DNA of 64,000 bases from an uncultured bacterium (lineage in GTDB: Bacteria > Edwardsbacteria > AC1 > EtOH8), in NCBI GenBank assembly GCA_963780225.1, contig CAWAAX010000016.1, positions 1 through 64,000 on the forward strand, read 5' to 3'. This document shows positions 20,565 to 31,323 of this stretch, piece after piece. Position 1 is the stretch's first letter. Every line of letters starts with the position of its first letter. A model generated the notes under the pieces. It was not told the origin of the DNA. It did not search any database and saw only the letters and a list, made by a program, of their open reading frames with translations. A program made the translations under genes and the position numbers.

Positions 20565-21818
20565 ATGCTAAACGCCCACCAGATCCTCAAAGAGCTCAAC
20601 TTCGAGCGGCTGGCCGGATCGGCCAACGAAACCAAGGCCGTCAAGATCATCACCAAATACCTCGGCCAGCTTAAGGTCAAGCACCAACTGGAGCCTTTCA
20701 AGCTCCACGCCTTCGACACCGGCACCGCCTCCATAACCTGCGGGGGAAAAACATTCAAGGCCCATCCCTTTGGCCTGACAAAAAGCCAGATCATCAGCGG
20801 CGAGCTGGTCTATCTGGAAGACCTGGAGGTCTTGACCAACGACCGGGGTTCTTACCAGGACAAGATCATCCTGACCTATTCCTACGGCCGCAAGCTGGCG
20901 GAGGCCATCAAAAGGTCCGGCGCCAAGGCCCTGATAGACATCGGCAGTCCCCAGCGGGAGGCTCCCAGCTGGTCGTACCGCCAAAAGAACTATGAAGAGG
21001 GATACATTCCCTCGGCCACAGTCTCTTACGAGGATGGAGCAAAACTGGCCAGCCTGTCCGGTAAAAAAGCGACCCTTAAAATAAAGCAGACCGTCTCCCG
21101 TCGCACCGCCCGCAACATAGTCGTGGACATCAAGGGCAGCGGCGCCGACCGCACTTTGACCCTGGCGGTGGGGCATTACGACAGCGTGGCCCGCTCCCCC
21201 GGCTCCTGCGACAACGGGGGCGGAGTGGTGTCCCTGCTCAAGGTCGTGGAACACTTTGCCCAACACCGCCCGGCCCGCGACCTGCGGGTGATATTTTTCT
21301 CCGGTGAGGAGATGGGTTTGAGGGGCAGTTTTTCATACGTGGAAAAACATAAGAAGGAGATCTCGGAACGGGCCGGGCTGGTGGTCAATATCGACGTGGG
21401 CGGCGACGACCTGGGGCTGAATCACTTCGAAGTTTTGGGCACCACCCAGCTGCAGGGCTATGTCTGCGGCATCACCCGGGAGATCGGCCACTATTTCCGC
21501 AGCGGGGTGGACATCTACTCCAGCGACTGCATGCCGTTCTCGGTCTACGAGGTGCCCTCGGTCAACATCTCCCGGGAGGGCGGGCAAAGCTCGTTCAACA
21601 TCCACACCCCGGGGGATACGGTGGAATACACCTCGGCCCGAGGCCTGCAGCCCACCATCGAGGCCGGGATCAATCTGCTGGACCGGGCGCTCAATGCCAA
21701 AATATATCCGGTGAACAGGGAGATAGACAAGTCGCTGAAAGACAAGATAGAGAAATACCTGTGGAACACTTTACAGAAACCGCCGGAACTTAAATGGACT
21801 CCGGAGTATAAGAAGTAA
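20565..21818 (+). CDS. M28 family aminopeptidase
   Basis: GHYDSV, DNGGG, FSGEEMGLRGS, NID, SDC, HTPGD metal ligands. Confidence 0.88.
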   Translation: MLNAHQILKELNFERLAGSANETKAVKIITKYLGQLKVKHQLEPFKLHAFDTGTASITCGGKTFKAHPFGLTKSQIISGELVYLEDLEVLTNDRGSYQDKIILTYSYGRKLAEAIKRSGAKALIDIGSPQREAPSWSYRQKNYEEGYIPSATVSYEDGAKLASLSGKKATLKIKQTVSRRTARNIVVDIKGSGADRTLTLAVGHYDSVARSPGSCDNGGGVVSLLKVVEHFAQHRPARDLRVIFFSGEEMGLRGSFSYVEKHKKEISERAGLVVNIDVGGDDLGLNHFEVLGTTQLQGYVCGITREIGHYFRSGVDIYSSDCMPFSVYEVPSVNISREGGQSSFNIHTPGDTVEYTSARGLQPTIEAGINLLDRALNAKIYPVNREIDKSLKDKIEKYLWNTLQKPPELKWTPEYKK

Positions 21819-21919
21819 CTAACAGTTGTAAGCTGTCAGCTATAAGCTATAAGCCGCAGACTGGAGTTCATCTACTTGATAAATGGAACCATTCATAATC
21901 AAAAGGAGGAGTCAGGATC

Positions 21920-24010
21920 ATGAGAAAGATTCTTTTAACGATTGGAATGGCGTTGACCGTCACGATCCTATGGCCAAACCTGACCTATTCCATGCCTGCC
22001 TTGGACGGCAAGGGACCGGAGCCGCGAATGACCAAGAGCGGGACACTGCTTAACCAGCCCAATCCCAGGACCAAGGGCCAGAAGATCTCCGGCAGTTGGA
22101 AGGCCCTGATCATTTTGATTGACTTTCCCGATTACCGCTGGGACCACCAGGCCGATATTAATTTTGTCAACGACAGTCTGTATTACACTTCAGATCATTT
22201 CGATAGCCTGGCTAACAGCCTGGGCACTTTCCGGCATCCCGAATGCGTCAGCAACGTCACCGGCAGCATCAGGGATTTTTATATCGAAAATTCCTACGGC
22301 CAGTTCGATGTGATCTCCACCATAGCCGGTTGGTACACTTCGATCAATAATTTCAGCTACTATTCCGACTACACCGGGGCCAATGCCTATCTGCTGGTGG
22401 AAGAAGCCGTGGCCGCCGCCGATCCTTACGTGGATTTTTCTGATTACGACAACGACGGCGATGGCTGGGTAGACGCCCTGTACGTGGTCCACGCCGGGCC
22501 GGGGGCCGAAGCCCTGCCGGAGGATGTGCGCGACGATTACATCTGGTCGCATGCCGGATGGATAGAAACACAGTTGCATGATGGAGTTTACGTCGAGGGT
22601 TATTCCACCGAACCCGAGAATGGAGGGACCGGGGTTTTTTGTCATGAGTTCGGCCATGTGCTGGGTCTGCCCGACCTCTACGACTATACTTATCTTTCCA
22701 GCGGAGTGGGGGAGTGGTGCTGCATGGCCGGAGGCAGCTGGGGCCACCGCGATTCGGCCGATCTCCGGGGAACAGCCCCCACCCACTTCTCCGCCTGGTG
22801 CAAACAGGAACTGGGGTGGATGGTCCCGGTCAATCTAACTCACAACCAGATGGGCTTGACCATCCCGCCGGCGGAGCAAAGCCCGGTCGCATACCGGCTC
22901 TGGGACAACGGCGATTCCACCGGCAGTCAGTACTTCCTGGTGGAGAACCGCCAGAATATAGGATTTGACAGCGGCTTTACCCGCCGGCAGCTGAATTACG
23001 GCTTGCCCCGGGGCCACGGCCTTCTGATCTGGCATGTGGACGAAAACCAGTACTATAATTACATGTGGAATGACGACCGGACCCACAAGATGGTGGACCT
23101 GGAGGAATCCAGTCCGGTGAATGTCAATGGTTTTTACCTGGAGCACCTGGATACGGTGCGAACCCAGCCGATAGATAAATACTTATACAATGGGAACCGG
23201 GGCGATGACGGCGATCCCTGGCCGGGTTACTGGACGAACGCGCTCGATTCCGTGTTGTATAGCGGAAACCGGGATAAATGCGACTTCAACCAGTTTTCCA
23301 TTCCCTCGTCCAAGACTTATGCTGGAACCAACACCCTGGCGGGGGCGGAGAACATAACCGAGAACGGGACCAGCATCACGGCCGATCTTTTTGTGACCAT
23401 TGATGCCTCTGTCGCTTTTCCCGGTTTGGGGGACAGCCTGGCCCAATCGGAAAACGTGAATATAATCTGGCATTCATCGGCGGCCGGCGGCATTCTCTGC
23501 GACAGTCTTTATTTCAGCGCTGACAGCGGCAGCACCTGGAGTCTGACTGGTTATTCAAATACCGGCGATACCATGCTGTCCTGGGTCGTCCCATCGGTTA
23601 GCTCCGGACGCTGTTTCATCAAGGTGGTAACCCGGACCAACGCCGGTGGCAAGGTCAGCCATTTAAGCGGCAAATTCGCCGTAGGCCTGACCGGGGTGGA
23701 AGTGGATCCGATGGCAAACCTTAAGGATTTGAAATATCGTCTGCTGCCAGCCCAGCCCAACCCTTCTTCCAACGGCATCGTTACCGTGTCCTTTGAAATG
23801 CCCAGAGCCCAGCGGGCGGACCTGACGGTCTACAATATCCTGGGACAGCCGGTCAAAGTGCTGGCCGCCGGTTTCTACCGGGCCGGGCGTCATGACATCA
23901 TGTGGGACGGCAGGGACGAGCGGGGCGTCAAATCGGCGCCGGGCATATACCTGTACCAATTAAAAACGGCGGACTTCAATAAGATCAACAAGATAATCAT
24001 CGTCAAATAG
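21920..24010 (+). CDS. Secreted M6 (immune inhibitor A-like) metalloprotease with C-terminal FlgD-Ig-like domain
   Basis: Signal peptide; HEFGHVLGLPDLYD; YFLVENRQ; C-terminal 'PNP..VYNILGQ.V..WDGRD..G..GIYLY'. Confidence 0.9.
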   Translation: MRKILLTIGMALTVTILWPNLTYSMPALDGKGPEPRMTKSGTLLNQPNPRTKGQKISGSWKALIILIDFPDYRWDHQADINFVNDSLYYTSDHFDSLANSLGTFRHPECVSNVTGSIRDFYIENSYGQFDVISTIAGWYTSINNFSYYSDYTGANAYLLVEEAVAAADPYVDFSDYDNDGDGWVDALYVVHAGPGAEALPEDVRDDYIWSHAGWIETQLHDGVYVEGYSTEPENGGTGVFCHEFGHVLGLPDLYDYTYLSSGVGEWCCMAGGSWGHRDSADLRGTAPTHFSAWCKQELGWMVPVNLTHNQMGLTIPPAEQSPVAYRLWDNGDSTGSQYFLVENRQNIGFDSGFTRRQLNYGLPRGHGLLIWHVDENQYYNYMWNDDRTHKMVDLEESSPVNVNGFYLEHLDTVRTQPIDKYLYNGNRGDDGDPWPGYWTNALDSVLYSGNRDKCDFNQFSIPSSKTYAGTNTLAGAENITENGTSITADLFVTIDASVAFPGLGDSLAQSENVNIIWHSSAAGGILCDSLYFSADSGSTWSLTGYSNTGDTMLSWVVPSVSSGRCFIKVVTRTNAGGKVSHLSGKFAVGLTGVEVDPMANLKDLKYRLLPAQPNPSSNGIVTVSFEMPRAQRADLTVYNILGQPVKVLAAGFYRAGRHDIMWDGRDERGVKSAPGIYLYQLKTADFNKINKIIIVK

Positions 24011-24017
24011 CCTTGGA

Positions 24018-24890
24018 ATGAAAAGCATGAAGCTCAATCTGAAAAAAGTAACCCCCCTGATCAAGCTGGCCCTCAAGGAGGACATCGGCAAGGGCGACAT
24101 CACCACCGGCTGCACCGTGCCGGAAGAGGCTCAGGGATTGGCCCTGATCCTGAACAAGCAGGAGGGCGTGCTGGCCGGGATAGACATCTGCAAACAGGTG
24201 TTTCTGATGGTGGACAAGGACCTGCAGATGGAAGCTCCCCTGCCCGACGGCACTCGGCTGGAATACGGACAGGTGGTGCTGACCATCCAGGGCCGGACAC
24301 AAAGCATCCTTACGGCCGAGCGCACCGCCCTGAACTTTTTACAGCATCTCTCCGGGGTGGCCACCGCCGCTAATCATTTTGTCAAAGCCGTGGAAGGCAC
24401 CCGGGCCAAGATACTGGACACCCGCAAGACCATTCCCGGCCTGCGCTATCTGGAAAAGTACGCGGTGGCCTGCGGCGGCGGCCAGAACCACCGGATGGGA
24501 CTGTACGACATGGTGCTGATCAAGGACAACCACATCGAAGCGGCCGGCGGCCCGGCCGCGGCCATTGAACTGGTCAGGCAGAAGAACAAAAAGGTGAAGA
24601 TAGAGATCGAGGTCCAAAGCCTGGCCCAGCTGGAGGAGGCGGCCGCACTGGAGCCGGACGTCATCATGCTGGACAACATGAAGCCGGAGATGATGACCGA
24701 GGCCTGCCGGATGGTCTTTTCGATGCCGGTCCGGGACGAGGGGAAGCTCAAGCTGGAGGCTTCGGGGAATGTCAGTCTGGAAACTGTCCGTCAGATCGCC
24801 GAGTGCGGGGTGGATTATGTTTCTGTCGGCGCCATCACCCATTCGGCCCCGGCCTTGGATTTTTCCTTGGGATTGAAGTCATTGGGCTGA
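24018..24890 (+). CDS. nadC: Nicotinate-nucleotide diphosphorylase (quinolinate phosphoribosyltransferase)
   Basis: EDIGKGDITT, ERTALNFLQ, DTRKT, HRMGLYD..LIKDNH, MLDN, EASGNV. Confidence 0.96.
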   Translation: MKSMKLNLKKVTPLIKLALKEDIGKGDITTGCTVPEEAQGLALILNKQEGVLAGIDICKQVFLMVDKDLQMEAPLPDGTRLEYGQVVLTIQGRTQSILTAERTALNFLQHLSGVATAANHFVKAVEGTRAKILDTRKTIPGLRYLEKYAVACGGGQNHRMGLYDMVLIKDNHIEAAGGPAAAIELVRQKNKKVKIEIEVQSLAQLEEAAALEPDVIMLDNMKPEMMTEACRMVFSMPVRDEGKLKLEASGNVSLETVRQIAECGVDYVSVGAITHSAPALDFSLGLKSLG

Positions 24891-25086
24891 TTCCAAAAAT
24901 AAATGACGGTCTTTTACCATAAAGCGGTGCACTGAGCCTGCCAAAGTGACACCAAGACACAAATCTGTATATCCTTATTCGCTAATTGTATTTGTGCCAT
25001 TATGTGCATTTTGTGGCAAAATACGTACTGATTCCCAAAGGCGGTTTTTCCTTGAATTGTCAATGCTTTTAGGTTATTATTACATC

Positions 25087-25875
25087 ATGCATATATTAGA
25101 AATAGACTACATAAAACAAAACCTCAAGACCTCCGGCTTCGGCCAGAAGCTTTATTACTTTGAAAAGCTGGGATCCACCAGTGATCAGCTGAAGGAACTG
25201 GCGGCGGGCACCGTGCCGGACGGCACCATCGTCATCGCCGAAGAACAGAAGGCCGGGCGCGGGCGGTCCGGGAATTCCTGGTATTCGCCGCCGGGAGTGG
25301 GGCTGTATTTTTCATTACTGCTCCGTCCCAAAACCAATCCCATCAAAATGCAGGGGCTGACTTTGGCCCTGGGTTGTTCGGCCGCTAAAACACTCGAAGC
25401 GGCAGCCGGGATTCCGGTGGAGATAAAGTGGCCCAACGACCTCTACTGCAAGGGCCGCAAGCTGGGCGGGATACTTTCAGAGTCCGGGCTTAAGGCCGGA
25501 CTGGTGGACAACGTGGTGATAGGAATGGGATTCAACCTGAACAACCAGATGCTTCCCCTGGAACTTTGCGAAACCGCCACCTCGCTGGAGCTGGAATCTG
25601 GCAAGCATATCTTTCGGGAGGACCTGCTGATAGCCCTGTTGACGAACCTGGAAAAAGATTATCAGAGATTTATGGAACAGGGTTTTTCGGCCTTCACCGG
25701 GGAACTTAAGCCCAGGTTCTTCCTTAATCAGAAATGGGTGTTGGTCTCCGGCGATGACGGACAGTTCCAGAAGGGCGTGGTCACCGGGTTTGACGCCCAG
25801 GGGGCCCTGCTGTTGCTGGACCAGGCTGGCCAGACCATCTGCTGCAGTTCCGGCACGGTGGCGGAGATCGGCTGA
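25087..25875 (+). CDS. birA: Biotin--protein ligase (no N-terminal HTH)
   Basis: Q.AGRGR.G..W.SP, IKWPND, KLGGIL; ATG at 25087 preferred as start. Confidence 0.92.
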   Translation: MHILEIDYIKQNLKTSGFGQKLYYFEKLGSTSDQLKELAAGTVPDGTIVIAEEQKAGRGRSGNSWYSPPGVGLYFSLLLRPKTNPIKMQGLTLALGCSAAKTLEAAAGIPVEIKWPNDLYCKGRKLGGILSESGLKAGLVDNVVIGMGFNLNNQMLPLELCETATSLELESGKHIFREDLLIALLTNLEKDYQRFMEQGFSAFTGELKPRFFLNQKWVLVSGDDGQFQKGVVTGFDAQGALLLLDQAGQTICCSSGTVAEIG

Positions 25876-25877
25876 TC

Positions 25878-26645
25878 ATGCGGCTGCTGATAGACATCGG
25901 CAACAGCAAGCTGGGGCTGGCGGTTTTTTCCAAGAACAAATGCGTCCGTCAGGCCAGGCTGGAACATGGCGGCCAGCCGGACTACGGCCAGGTATACAAC
26001 TTCCTGGACAAGTCCATGGGCGTCAAGTCTATCAAGTCAGCCGCCATCTGCTCGGTGGTCCCGGAAATTACCCTGCATGCCGAGACGGCTGTCAAACAAC
26101 TGCTGGACATAAACGCCCTGGTGGTTGACTCTTCAACTTTAATAAATTTCAAGACCCTATACCGCCTGCCCCGGCAACTGGGATGCGACCGGATGGTCTG
26201 CTCTTACGCCGCCGCCAGGCTTTACGGAAAGCCGGTGATAGTGGTGGATATCGGCACCGCCATCACCTGGGACGCGGTGGATCCTTCGGGCCGGCATCTG
26301 GGCGGGGCCATTGCTCCCGGGCCTTTGACCATGGCCAGAGCCTTGAATGATAAGACAGCGCTGCTGCCGTTAATCCCCATAAAACGGCCCAAGGCGGGTC
26401 TCGGACGCGATACCGCCGGGGCGATAGAATCCGGGCTTTACTGGGGAACCATCGGGATGGTGAAGGAACTTGTCGCTGTCATCTCCGCCAAAATGAAGGG
26501 GCGGCCTAAAATAGTTATCACCGGTGGCCTGGCCACAATGGCCGGGCCGCACATTGAAAATTCAATAACCGACCAACTGCTGATCTACCAGGGATTGAAC
26601 TTGGTTCTGCAGGATAAGGAAAGGGAGATGAATTTTGCAAAATAA
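25878..26645 (+). CDS. coaX: Type III pantothenate kinase
   Basis: IDIGNS, LGCDR, VDIGTAIT.D, GGAIAPG, TGG. Confidence 0.93.
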   Translation: MRLLIDIGNSKLGLAVFSKNKCVRQARLEHGGQPDYGQVYNFLDKSMGVKSIKSAAICSVVPEITLHAETAVKQLLDINALVVDSSTLINFKTLYRLPRQLGCDRMVCSYAAARLYGKPVIVVDIGTAITWDAVDPSGRHLGGAIAPGPLTMARALNDKTALLPLIPIKRPKAGLGRDTAGAIESGLYWGTIGMVKELVAVISAKMKGRPKIVITGGLATMAGPHIENSITDQLLIYQGLNLVLQDKEREMNFAK

Positions 26646-26700
26646 TTGTAAACACTGATAACCAAAGACATACTCTTCCTAAATATCAGGAGGATCAACC

Positions 26701-26919
26701 ATGACCCGCGTACAAGCCACTGCAGAAATATTCTTCACTGCCTTTAAAGCCCTACCCAAGAAGGAGCAAGATGTATTTCTGTCCAAGCTATTTTCAGATA
26801 ACAAGACCAGGGAAGACCTGATAGACCTGGCTCTTTATTCCAGACGGCGGAATGAGCCGTCCCGTCCGTTGCAGGCATATATCCAGGAGAGAAAGGCCAG
26901 GTATGGCGGCAAGGTATGA
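26701..26919 (+). CDS. Putative type II antitoxin
   Basis: 72 aa with RBS GGAGG, overlapping the downstream RelE-like toxin. Confidence 0.7.
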   Translation: MTRVQATAEIFFTAFKALPKKEQDVFLSKLFSDNKTREDLIDLALYSRRRNEPSRPLQAYIQERKARYGGKV

Positions 26920-27163
26920 CCTGCTGATAAAACGGTCCGCAGAGAAGGATCTCAAACAATTGGGTGACGCCGATCATGACAGGATTGTTAAACGCCTTCT
27001 AATTTTAGTTGATAACCCAAGGCCTGTTGGTTCCGTAAAACTGACCGGGCATGACGTCCATCGCTTGCGCATCGGCAACTATCGCGCCCTCTATACAGTT
27101 GACGACCAGGCCAGAACCATAGAAATCATATCGGTGGGACACCGGAAAGAGATATACCGGTAA
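26903..27163 (+). CDS. RelE/ParE family toxin
   Basis: 'SAEKDLKQL', 'NPRP.G..KL.G', 'RLRIGNYRALY', 'VGHRKEIYR'. Confidence 0.9.
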   Translation: MAARYDLLIKRSAEKDLKQLGDADHDRIVKRLLILVDNPRPVGSVKLTGHDVHRLRIGNYRALYTVDDQARTIEIISVGHRKEIYR

Positions 27164-27180
27164 CTTTGAAAAACAAAGCA

Positions 27181-27457
27181 GGCTTGCGGCTGGCTTACAT
27201 TCGTACCCGCCGGGGCAAGCGTGACCTGCCCTGAAGGGGCTGGGAAAAATAGACTGAGGCTTCAGCCGCAGGCTACAACGGAATGGTAATTTCCGCCCTG
27301 CCACGCCCCGCCGAAGGCGAGGCTCCGCTTTTAGCGGGGCCGTGGGAGGGGGCGGAGGGTATGACGAACGTTACATTTGGGATTAGGTTCCCTGCGGCCC
27401 TTCAGGGCGCTTGACGGGGGTACATCTGATACGGATTCGGCTGGCTCACCGCAAGCC
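27181..27457 (+). ncRNA. Putative structured RNA or leader upstream of RNase E/G
   Basis: Nested pairings: GGCTTGCGG(27181)/CCGCAAGCC(27449), GTACCC/GGGTAC, CAAGCG/CGCTTG, GCCCTGAAGGG(27228)/CCCTTCAGGGC(27398). Confidence 0.5.
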
Positions 27458-27573
27458 GTTGGCTGAAGCCACCGGCTTGACACCTGCACGCTTTCAGAGT
27501 GAACACCACAAGTTTGTTACCGCTGCGGCGGACAAACCAACACTTTTTGGAAAACAAGAAAGGCAAATTTCAC

Positions 27574-29070
27574 ATGGCCATAGATATCATCATAAATGCC
27601 ACCGACCGCGAGATGCGGATAGCCGTATTGGAGGACGAAGGCAAGCTCTCCGAATTTTGGGTGGAGCGCCCCCAGGAAACCCTTTCGGTGGGGGACATCT
27701 ACAAGGGGGTGGTGGAAAAGGTGCTGCCGGGGCTGAACGCCGCCTTCGTCAACATCGGGACCTACAAAAGCGGTTTTCTGTCCCTGGATGACGCTATCTT
27801 TGACCTGAGCGACCTGGCGGATGATGAAACCGGGGCCAAGCCCGCCTTTAAACCGCAGAAAGCCGCCCTGAAGGCCGGGCAGGAGATCATGGTCCAGATC
27901 TCAAAGGAGCCGCTGGGCAGCAAGGGACCCCGGCTGACATCCTATGTCTCCTTTCCCGGTCGCTTCTGCGTGCTGATCCCCAACCAGGGCGGCATCGGCA
28001 TCTCCCGCAAGATAGAGAACCGGGAGGAGCGCTCCCGGCTGCGCAAGGCCCTCCAGCCGTCGTTGCCCAAGGGATCAGGCCTGATAGTCCGGACCGCCGC
28101 GGTGGGGGCGGATCAAAAGGTTTTGGACCGCGACGTCAAAGAACTGGTCAAGGATTGGCAGCAGGTGCAAAAGCAATATGTCAGGGCTAAAGCGCCCTTC
28201 CGGGTACACGCCCAGCCGCCTTTCATCATCAGCCTGCTCAACGACCTGGCTTCCTACGACATCCACAGCATAGTGACCGACCACAAGAACACATTCAACC
28301 AGATCGCCGGCCACCTGAAGGGGGCTGATGAGGGGCTTAAGAAAAAACTGCTGTGGTACCGGGAGGAACTGCCTTTGTTCGAGGCTTACCAAGTGGAGAC
28401 CCAGGTAGAGAAAGCCCTGAACCGCCGGATCTGGCTTAAGAGTGGTGGCTACATTGCCATCGACCAGACCGAGGCCCTGACCGCGGTGGATGTCAACTCC
28501 GGAAAGTTCACCGGCAAGAAAGACGCCGAGGCCATGGTGCTGAAGGTCAACCTGGAGGCGGCCCAGGAGATAGCCCGCCAGGTGCGCTTAAGGGACATCG
28601 GCGGCATCATCGTGGTGGATTTCATAGACATGAAATACTCCCAGCACCGCAACCGGGTGCTGCAGGAATTCACCCTGGCGGTCAAGGCCGACCGCTCCAA
28701 ACCCAACGTCTACGCCATCTCCCCGCTGGGCTTGGTGGAGATGAGCCGCAAGCGGATCAAGCCCAGCCTGTGGCAGTCTTTGACTGAGACCTGTCCGGCC
28801 TGCCAGGGAGCTGGCAGGATCTTCACCGCCTACACCAGCGCCCAGATGCTGGAACGCAAGATGCTCTCGATGAAACCGGACATGAAGCGGCGCAGGCTGG
28901 CCATCAAGGCCGGGAACCTGCTTTTCGATTATCTCTCCGGCCCCGGACAGGCCATCCTCAAGGCCCTTAACCGGGAGCTGAAGACGGAGCTGAGGATCTC
29001 CTCCGACCGTAAGATGCCGGTCAATTCCTTCAAGATCATAAACCTGGAGGACGAACAGGAGATAGTCTGA
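27574..29070 (+). CDS. rng: Ribonuclease E/G family protein
   Basis: GDIYKG.V..VLPG..AAFV, KEP...KGPRL, IDQTEALTAVDVNSG, LRDIGGIIVVDFIDM, CPACQG. Confidence 0.9.
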   Translation: MAIDIIINATDREMRIAVLEDEGKLSEFWVERPQETLSVGDIYKGVVEKVLPGLNAAFVNIGTYKSGFLSLDDAIFDLSDLADDETGAKPAFKPQKAALKAGQEIMVQISKEPLGSKGPRLTSYVSFPGRFCVLIPNQGGIGISRKIENREERSRLRKALQPSLPKGSGLIVRTAAVGADQKVLDRDVKELVKDWQQVQKQYVRAKAPFRVHAQPPFIISLLNDLASYDIHSIVTDHKNTFNQIAGHLKGADEGLKKKLLWYREELPLFEAYQVETQVEKALNRRIWLKSGGYIAIDQTEALTAVDVNSGKFTGKKDAEAMVLKVNLEAAQEIARQVRLRDIGGIIVVDFIDMKYSQHRNRVLQEFTLAVKADRSKPNVYAISPLGLVEMSRKRIKPSLWQSLTETCPACQGAGRIFTAYTSAQMLERKMLSMKPDMKRRRLAIKAGNLLFDYLSGPGQAILKALNRELKTELRISSDRKMPVNSFKIINLEDEQEIV

Positions 29071-29094
29071 TCCCTGCAGGTCAAAGGTGAATAT

Positions 29095-29124
29095 AAAAAA
29101 GCGAGAGTTTTCTCTCGCTTTTTT
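29095..29124. terminator. Bidirectional intrinsic terminator
   Basis: AAAAAAGCGAGAG-TTTT-CTCTCGCTTTTTT. Confidence 0.8.
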
Positions 29125-29176
29125 GTTGACAGAATGTTTGATTTTACTGCATTTTTGATTAAGCCGATATTTAGTA

Positions 29177-29205
29177 TTGACAGCCGGTTAAGTTTGTTAT
29201 AAAAT
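29177..29205 (+). promoter_or_regulatory. sigma70-type promoter of tRNA-Leu
   Basis: TTGACA, 17-nt spacer, TAAAAT. Confidence 0.7.
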
Positions 29206-29260
29206 GTTAGACTTACACGGTTTAAACGATAGTTTGGACTCAATCTTAGGTCCTGAAAAT

Positions 29261-29345
29261 GCCGGGATGGTGAAATTGGTAGACACGTACGTTTGAGGTG
29301 CGTATGGCGCAAGCCTTGTGGGTTCAACTCCCACTCCCGGCACCA
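29261..29345 (+). tRNA. tRNA-Leu(GAG)
   Basis: Acceptor GCCGGGA/TCCCGGC, anticodon arm TACGT-TTGAGGT-GCGTA, long variable arm, GGTTCAACTCC, encoded CCA. Confidence 0.96.
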
Positions 29346-29562
29346 GACAGGTTTCTTGGCAGTAACCAGACCATGGTGGGCACCATTATTTTTCCTTGCC
29401 TGACAGAAGTCCACCGGCCTGCTTGCCCCGCCCAGGCGGTGGTCCGCCGAAGCAAAGCGGAGGTTGAAGCTTTAGCCCAGGCGGACACCATTCTGTAAAC
29501 GCCGGAAAGAAAAACTTTCTGCAATTTTGTTTCTCATAATTACAAATGAAAGGCTTTGAGCT

Positions 29563-30528
29563 ATGGTGTTTGTCAAACAAATTTTTGACCAGCATTGCAC
29601 CCACCAGCTTTTAAAGCTGTCCATCAATGCCTTCAATCAGGGTGATTACCAAACGGCCATAGACCATCTTACCGTGATCCACAACCACGAAAACTCGGTG
29701 GGGAAACGGTGCAGCGAGGTGGTCATTTTTTATTTGATAGAATCCCATACCGCTTTGGGGAAGATTTACTGGCATTTGGGCAGTCTGGAGGACGCCATAG
29801 AAGAATATCATAATGCCTTAGGCCTGGCCCCCAGATATGCCGATCTGTATTTTACCCTGGCCAAAATATATTCCGAACATAAAGAACCGGCCAAGGCCCG
29901 CCAGGCTCTGGAACAGGCTTTGTCGATCAATCCCAATTACAATGAAGCCAAGCTGAACCTGGCTTTTTTGGAAGCTCAATCCGGGAACAACAAGAGGGCT
30001 TTGGATATATTTTGCGGGTTGGCTCAAACCGACAGTTTTTACGATCAGGTAATGTACGATAAAGCCCTTGAGGCTTCTTCCAAATCCGATTTCCGGGCGG
30101 CCTTCAAACTGTTTGCCCAGGCTTTCCGGGTAACGCCCGACCGGGCCCGCTCGCTTTGCGCCATGGGGCAGGACGCCCACCGGGAATGCCGCTATGATGA
30201 AGCCATCAAATATTACAATCAGGCCAAGAAATTACAACCCAAATATGCCGATGTCTACAACCTTTTAGGCGTCAGCCTGGCCCAAAAAGGACTGAACAAG
30301 CAAGCCGTCGTCCAGTTTCAGAAGGCAGTAAAATTAGCCCCGCGCTTCAGCCGGGCCTGGCTTAACCTGGCTTATGCCTGGAATCAATTGGGACAGGTGG
30401 CTAAGACAAAAACTGCGCTGGCCAGGGTGCTGGTCATAGATCCCAACAATCGGCTGGCAAACCAACTGAGCATAAAGTTAAAGCCTTCATCTGTTCGCAA
30501 AGGAGGTCAAGCCAATGGCCGAAGCTAG
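29563..30528 (+). CDS. Tetratricopeptide repeat protein
   Basis: Several 34-aa TPR units ('LG..Y...G..E.AI..Y..AL.L.P.YAD'). Confidence 0.88.
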   Translation: MVFVKQIFDQHCTHQLLKLSINAFNQGDYQTAIDHLTVIHNHENSVGKRCSEVVIFYLIESHTALGKIYWHLGSLEDAIEEYHNALGLAPRYADLYFTLAKIYSEHKEPAKARQALEQALSINPNYNEAKLNLAFLEAQSGNNKRALDIFCGLAQTDSFYDQVMYDKALEASSKSDFRAAFKLFAQAFRVTPDRARSLCAMGQDAHRECRYDEAIKYYNQAKKLQPKYADVYNLLGVSLAQKGLNKQAVVQFQKAVKLAPRFSRAWLNLAYAWNQLGQVAKTKTALARVLVIDPNNRLANQLSIKLKPSSVRKGGQANGRS

Positions 30529-31171
30529 GGATTATTACGGTATCTTAGGCGTCGACCGGATGGCAGGCGAATCCGAAATCAAGACGGCCTACCGCAAGCT
30601 GGCATTAAAATATCATCCCGACCGGAATCCCGGTGAATCCCGGGCCGGGCTGGCCAGCACTTCGTTTCAGTCAGTCAACGAGGCCTATCACACCCTGATC
30701 GACAAGGAAAAAAGAGCCAAGTATAACAAAGCGCTTTCTGAAAAGGCCGCCGGGGTGGAGGGGGCTACGGTCCAGTCCAATCAGGCCGAGATGTCCTACC
30801 GCTACGGACTGGATGCCTATAAAACTTCGCAGTTCAAACGGGCGGTGGAATATTTTCGGGTGGCGGTAAAACTAAATCCAAAAAAAGCCATCTATTTCAA
30901 CCGGCTGGGACTGTCCATCATCAAAGCCAACGGGCCGCTGGAGGAAGCCAAGGTCAGTTGCGAACGGGCCATCCAGATCGAGATGTACAACCCGGAACAC
31001 TACCTGAGTCTGGGGATAGTTTTTCAGACCGCTGGCATGAATGACAAGGCCCGGGACCAGTTCAAGGAAGCCCTGAAGTGGGATCCCAAGAACATCCAGG
31101 CTCAGAAAAGGCTGGAGATGGTGGGCAAGGGAGGCAAAGGTTTTCTGGGTGGTCTTTTTGGTAAAAAATGA
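30515..31171 (+). CDS. DnaJ (J-domain) plus TPR protein
   Basis: [21 protein letters not shown] (HPD motif), followed by TPR units. Confidence 0.9.
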   Translation: MAEARDYYGILGVDRMAGESEIKTAYRKLALKYHPDRNPGESRAGLASTSFQSVNEAYHTLIDKEKRAKYNKALSEKAAGVEGATVQSNQAEMSYRYGLDAYKTSQFKRAVEYFRVAVKLNPKKAIYFNRLGLSIIKANGPLEEAKVSCERAIQIEMYNPEHYLSLGIVFQTAGMNDKARDQFKEALKWDPKNIQAQKRLEMVGKGGKGFLGGLFGKK

Positions 31172-31323
31172 TCTGCGTTATTAAGCATCCTATAAGAGGA
31201 CAGTGATATAAAAAAATAGAAATCCTGGGAATCCTTTTAAATTTATTCCGGTTATTTTATTGCCTGAACCTTACTGCAAAGTTCAAATGGTTAATTTTAA
31301 AAACAAAGTTTTGAGGTGAGCAT

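Noticed and set aside
27181..27570. RNase P RNA or tmRNA
   Set aside because: No GAGGAAAGTCC-type RNase P signature and no tRNA-like ends
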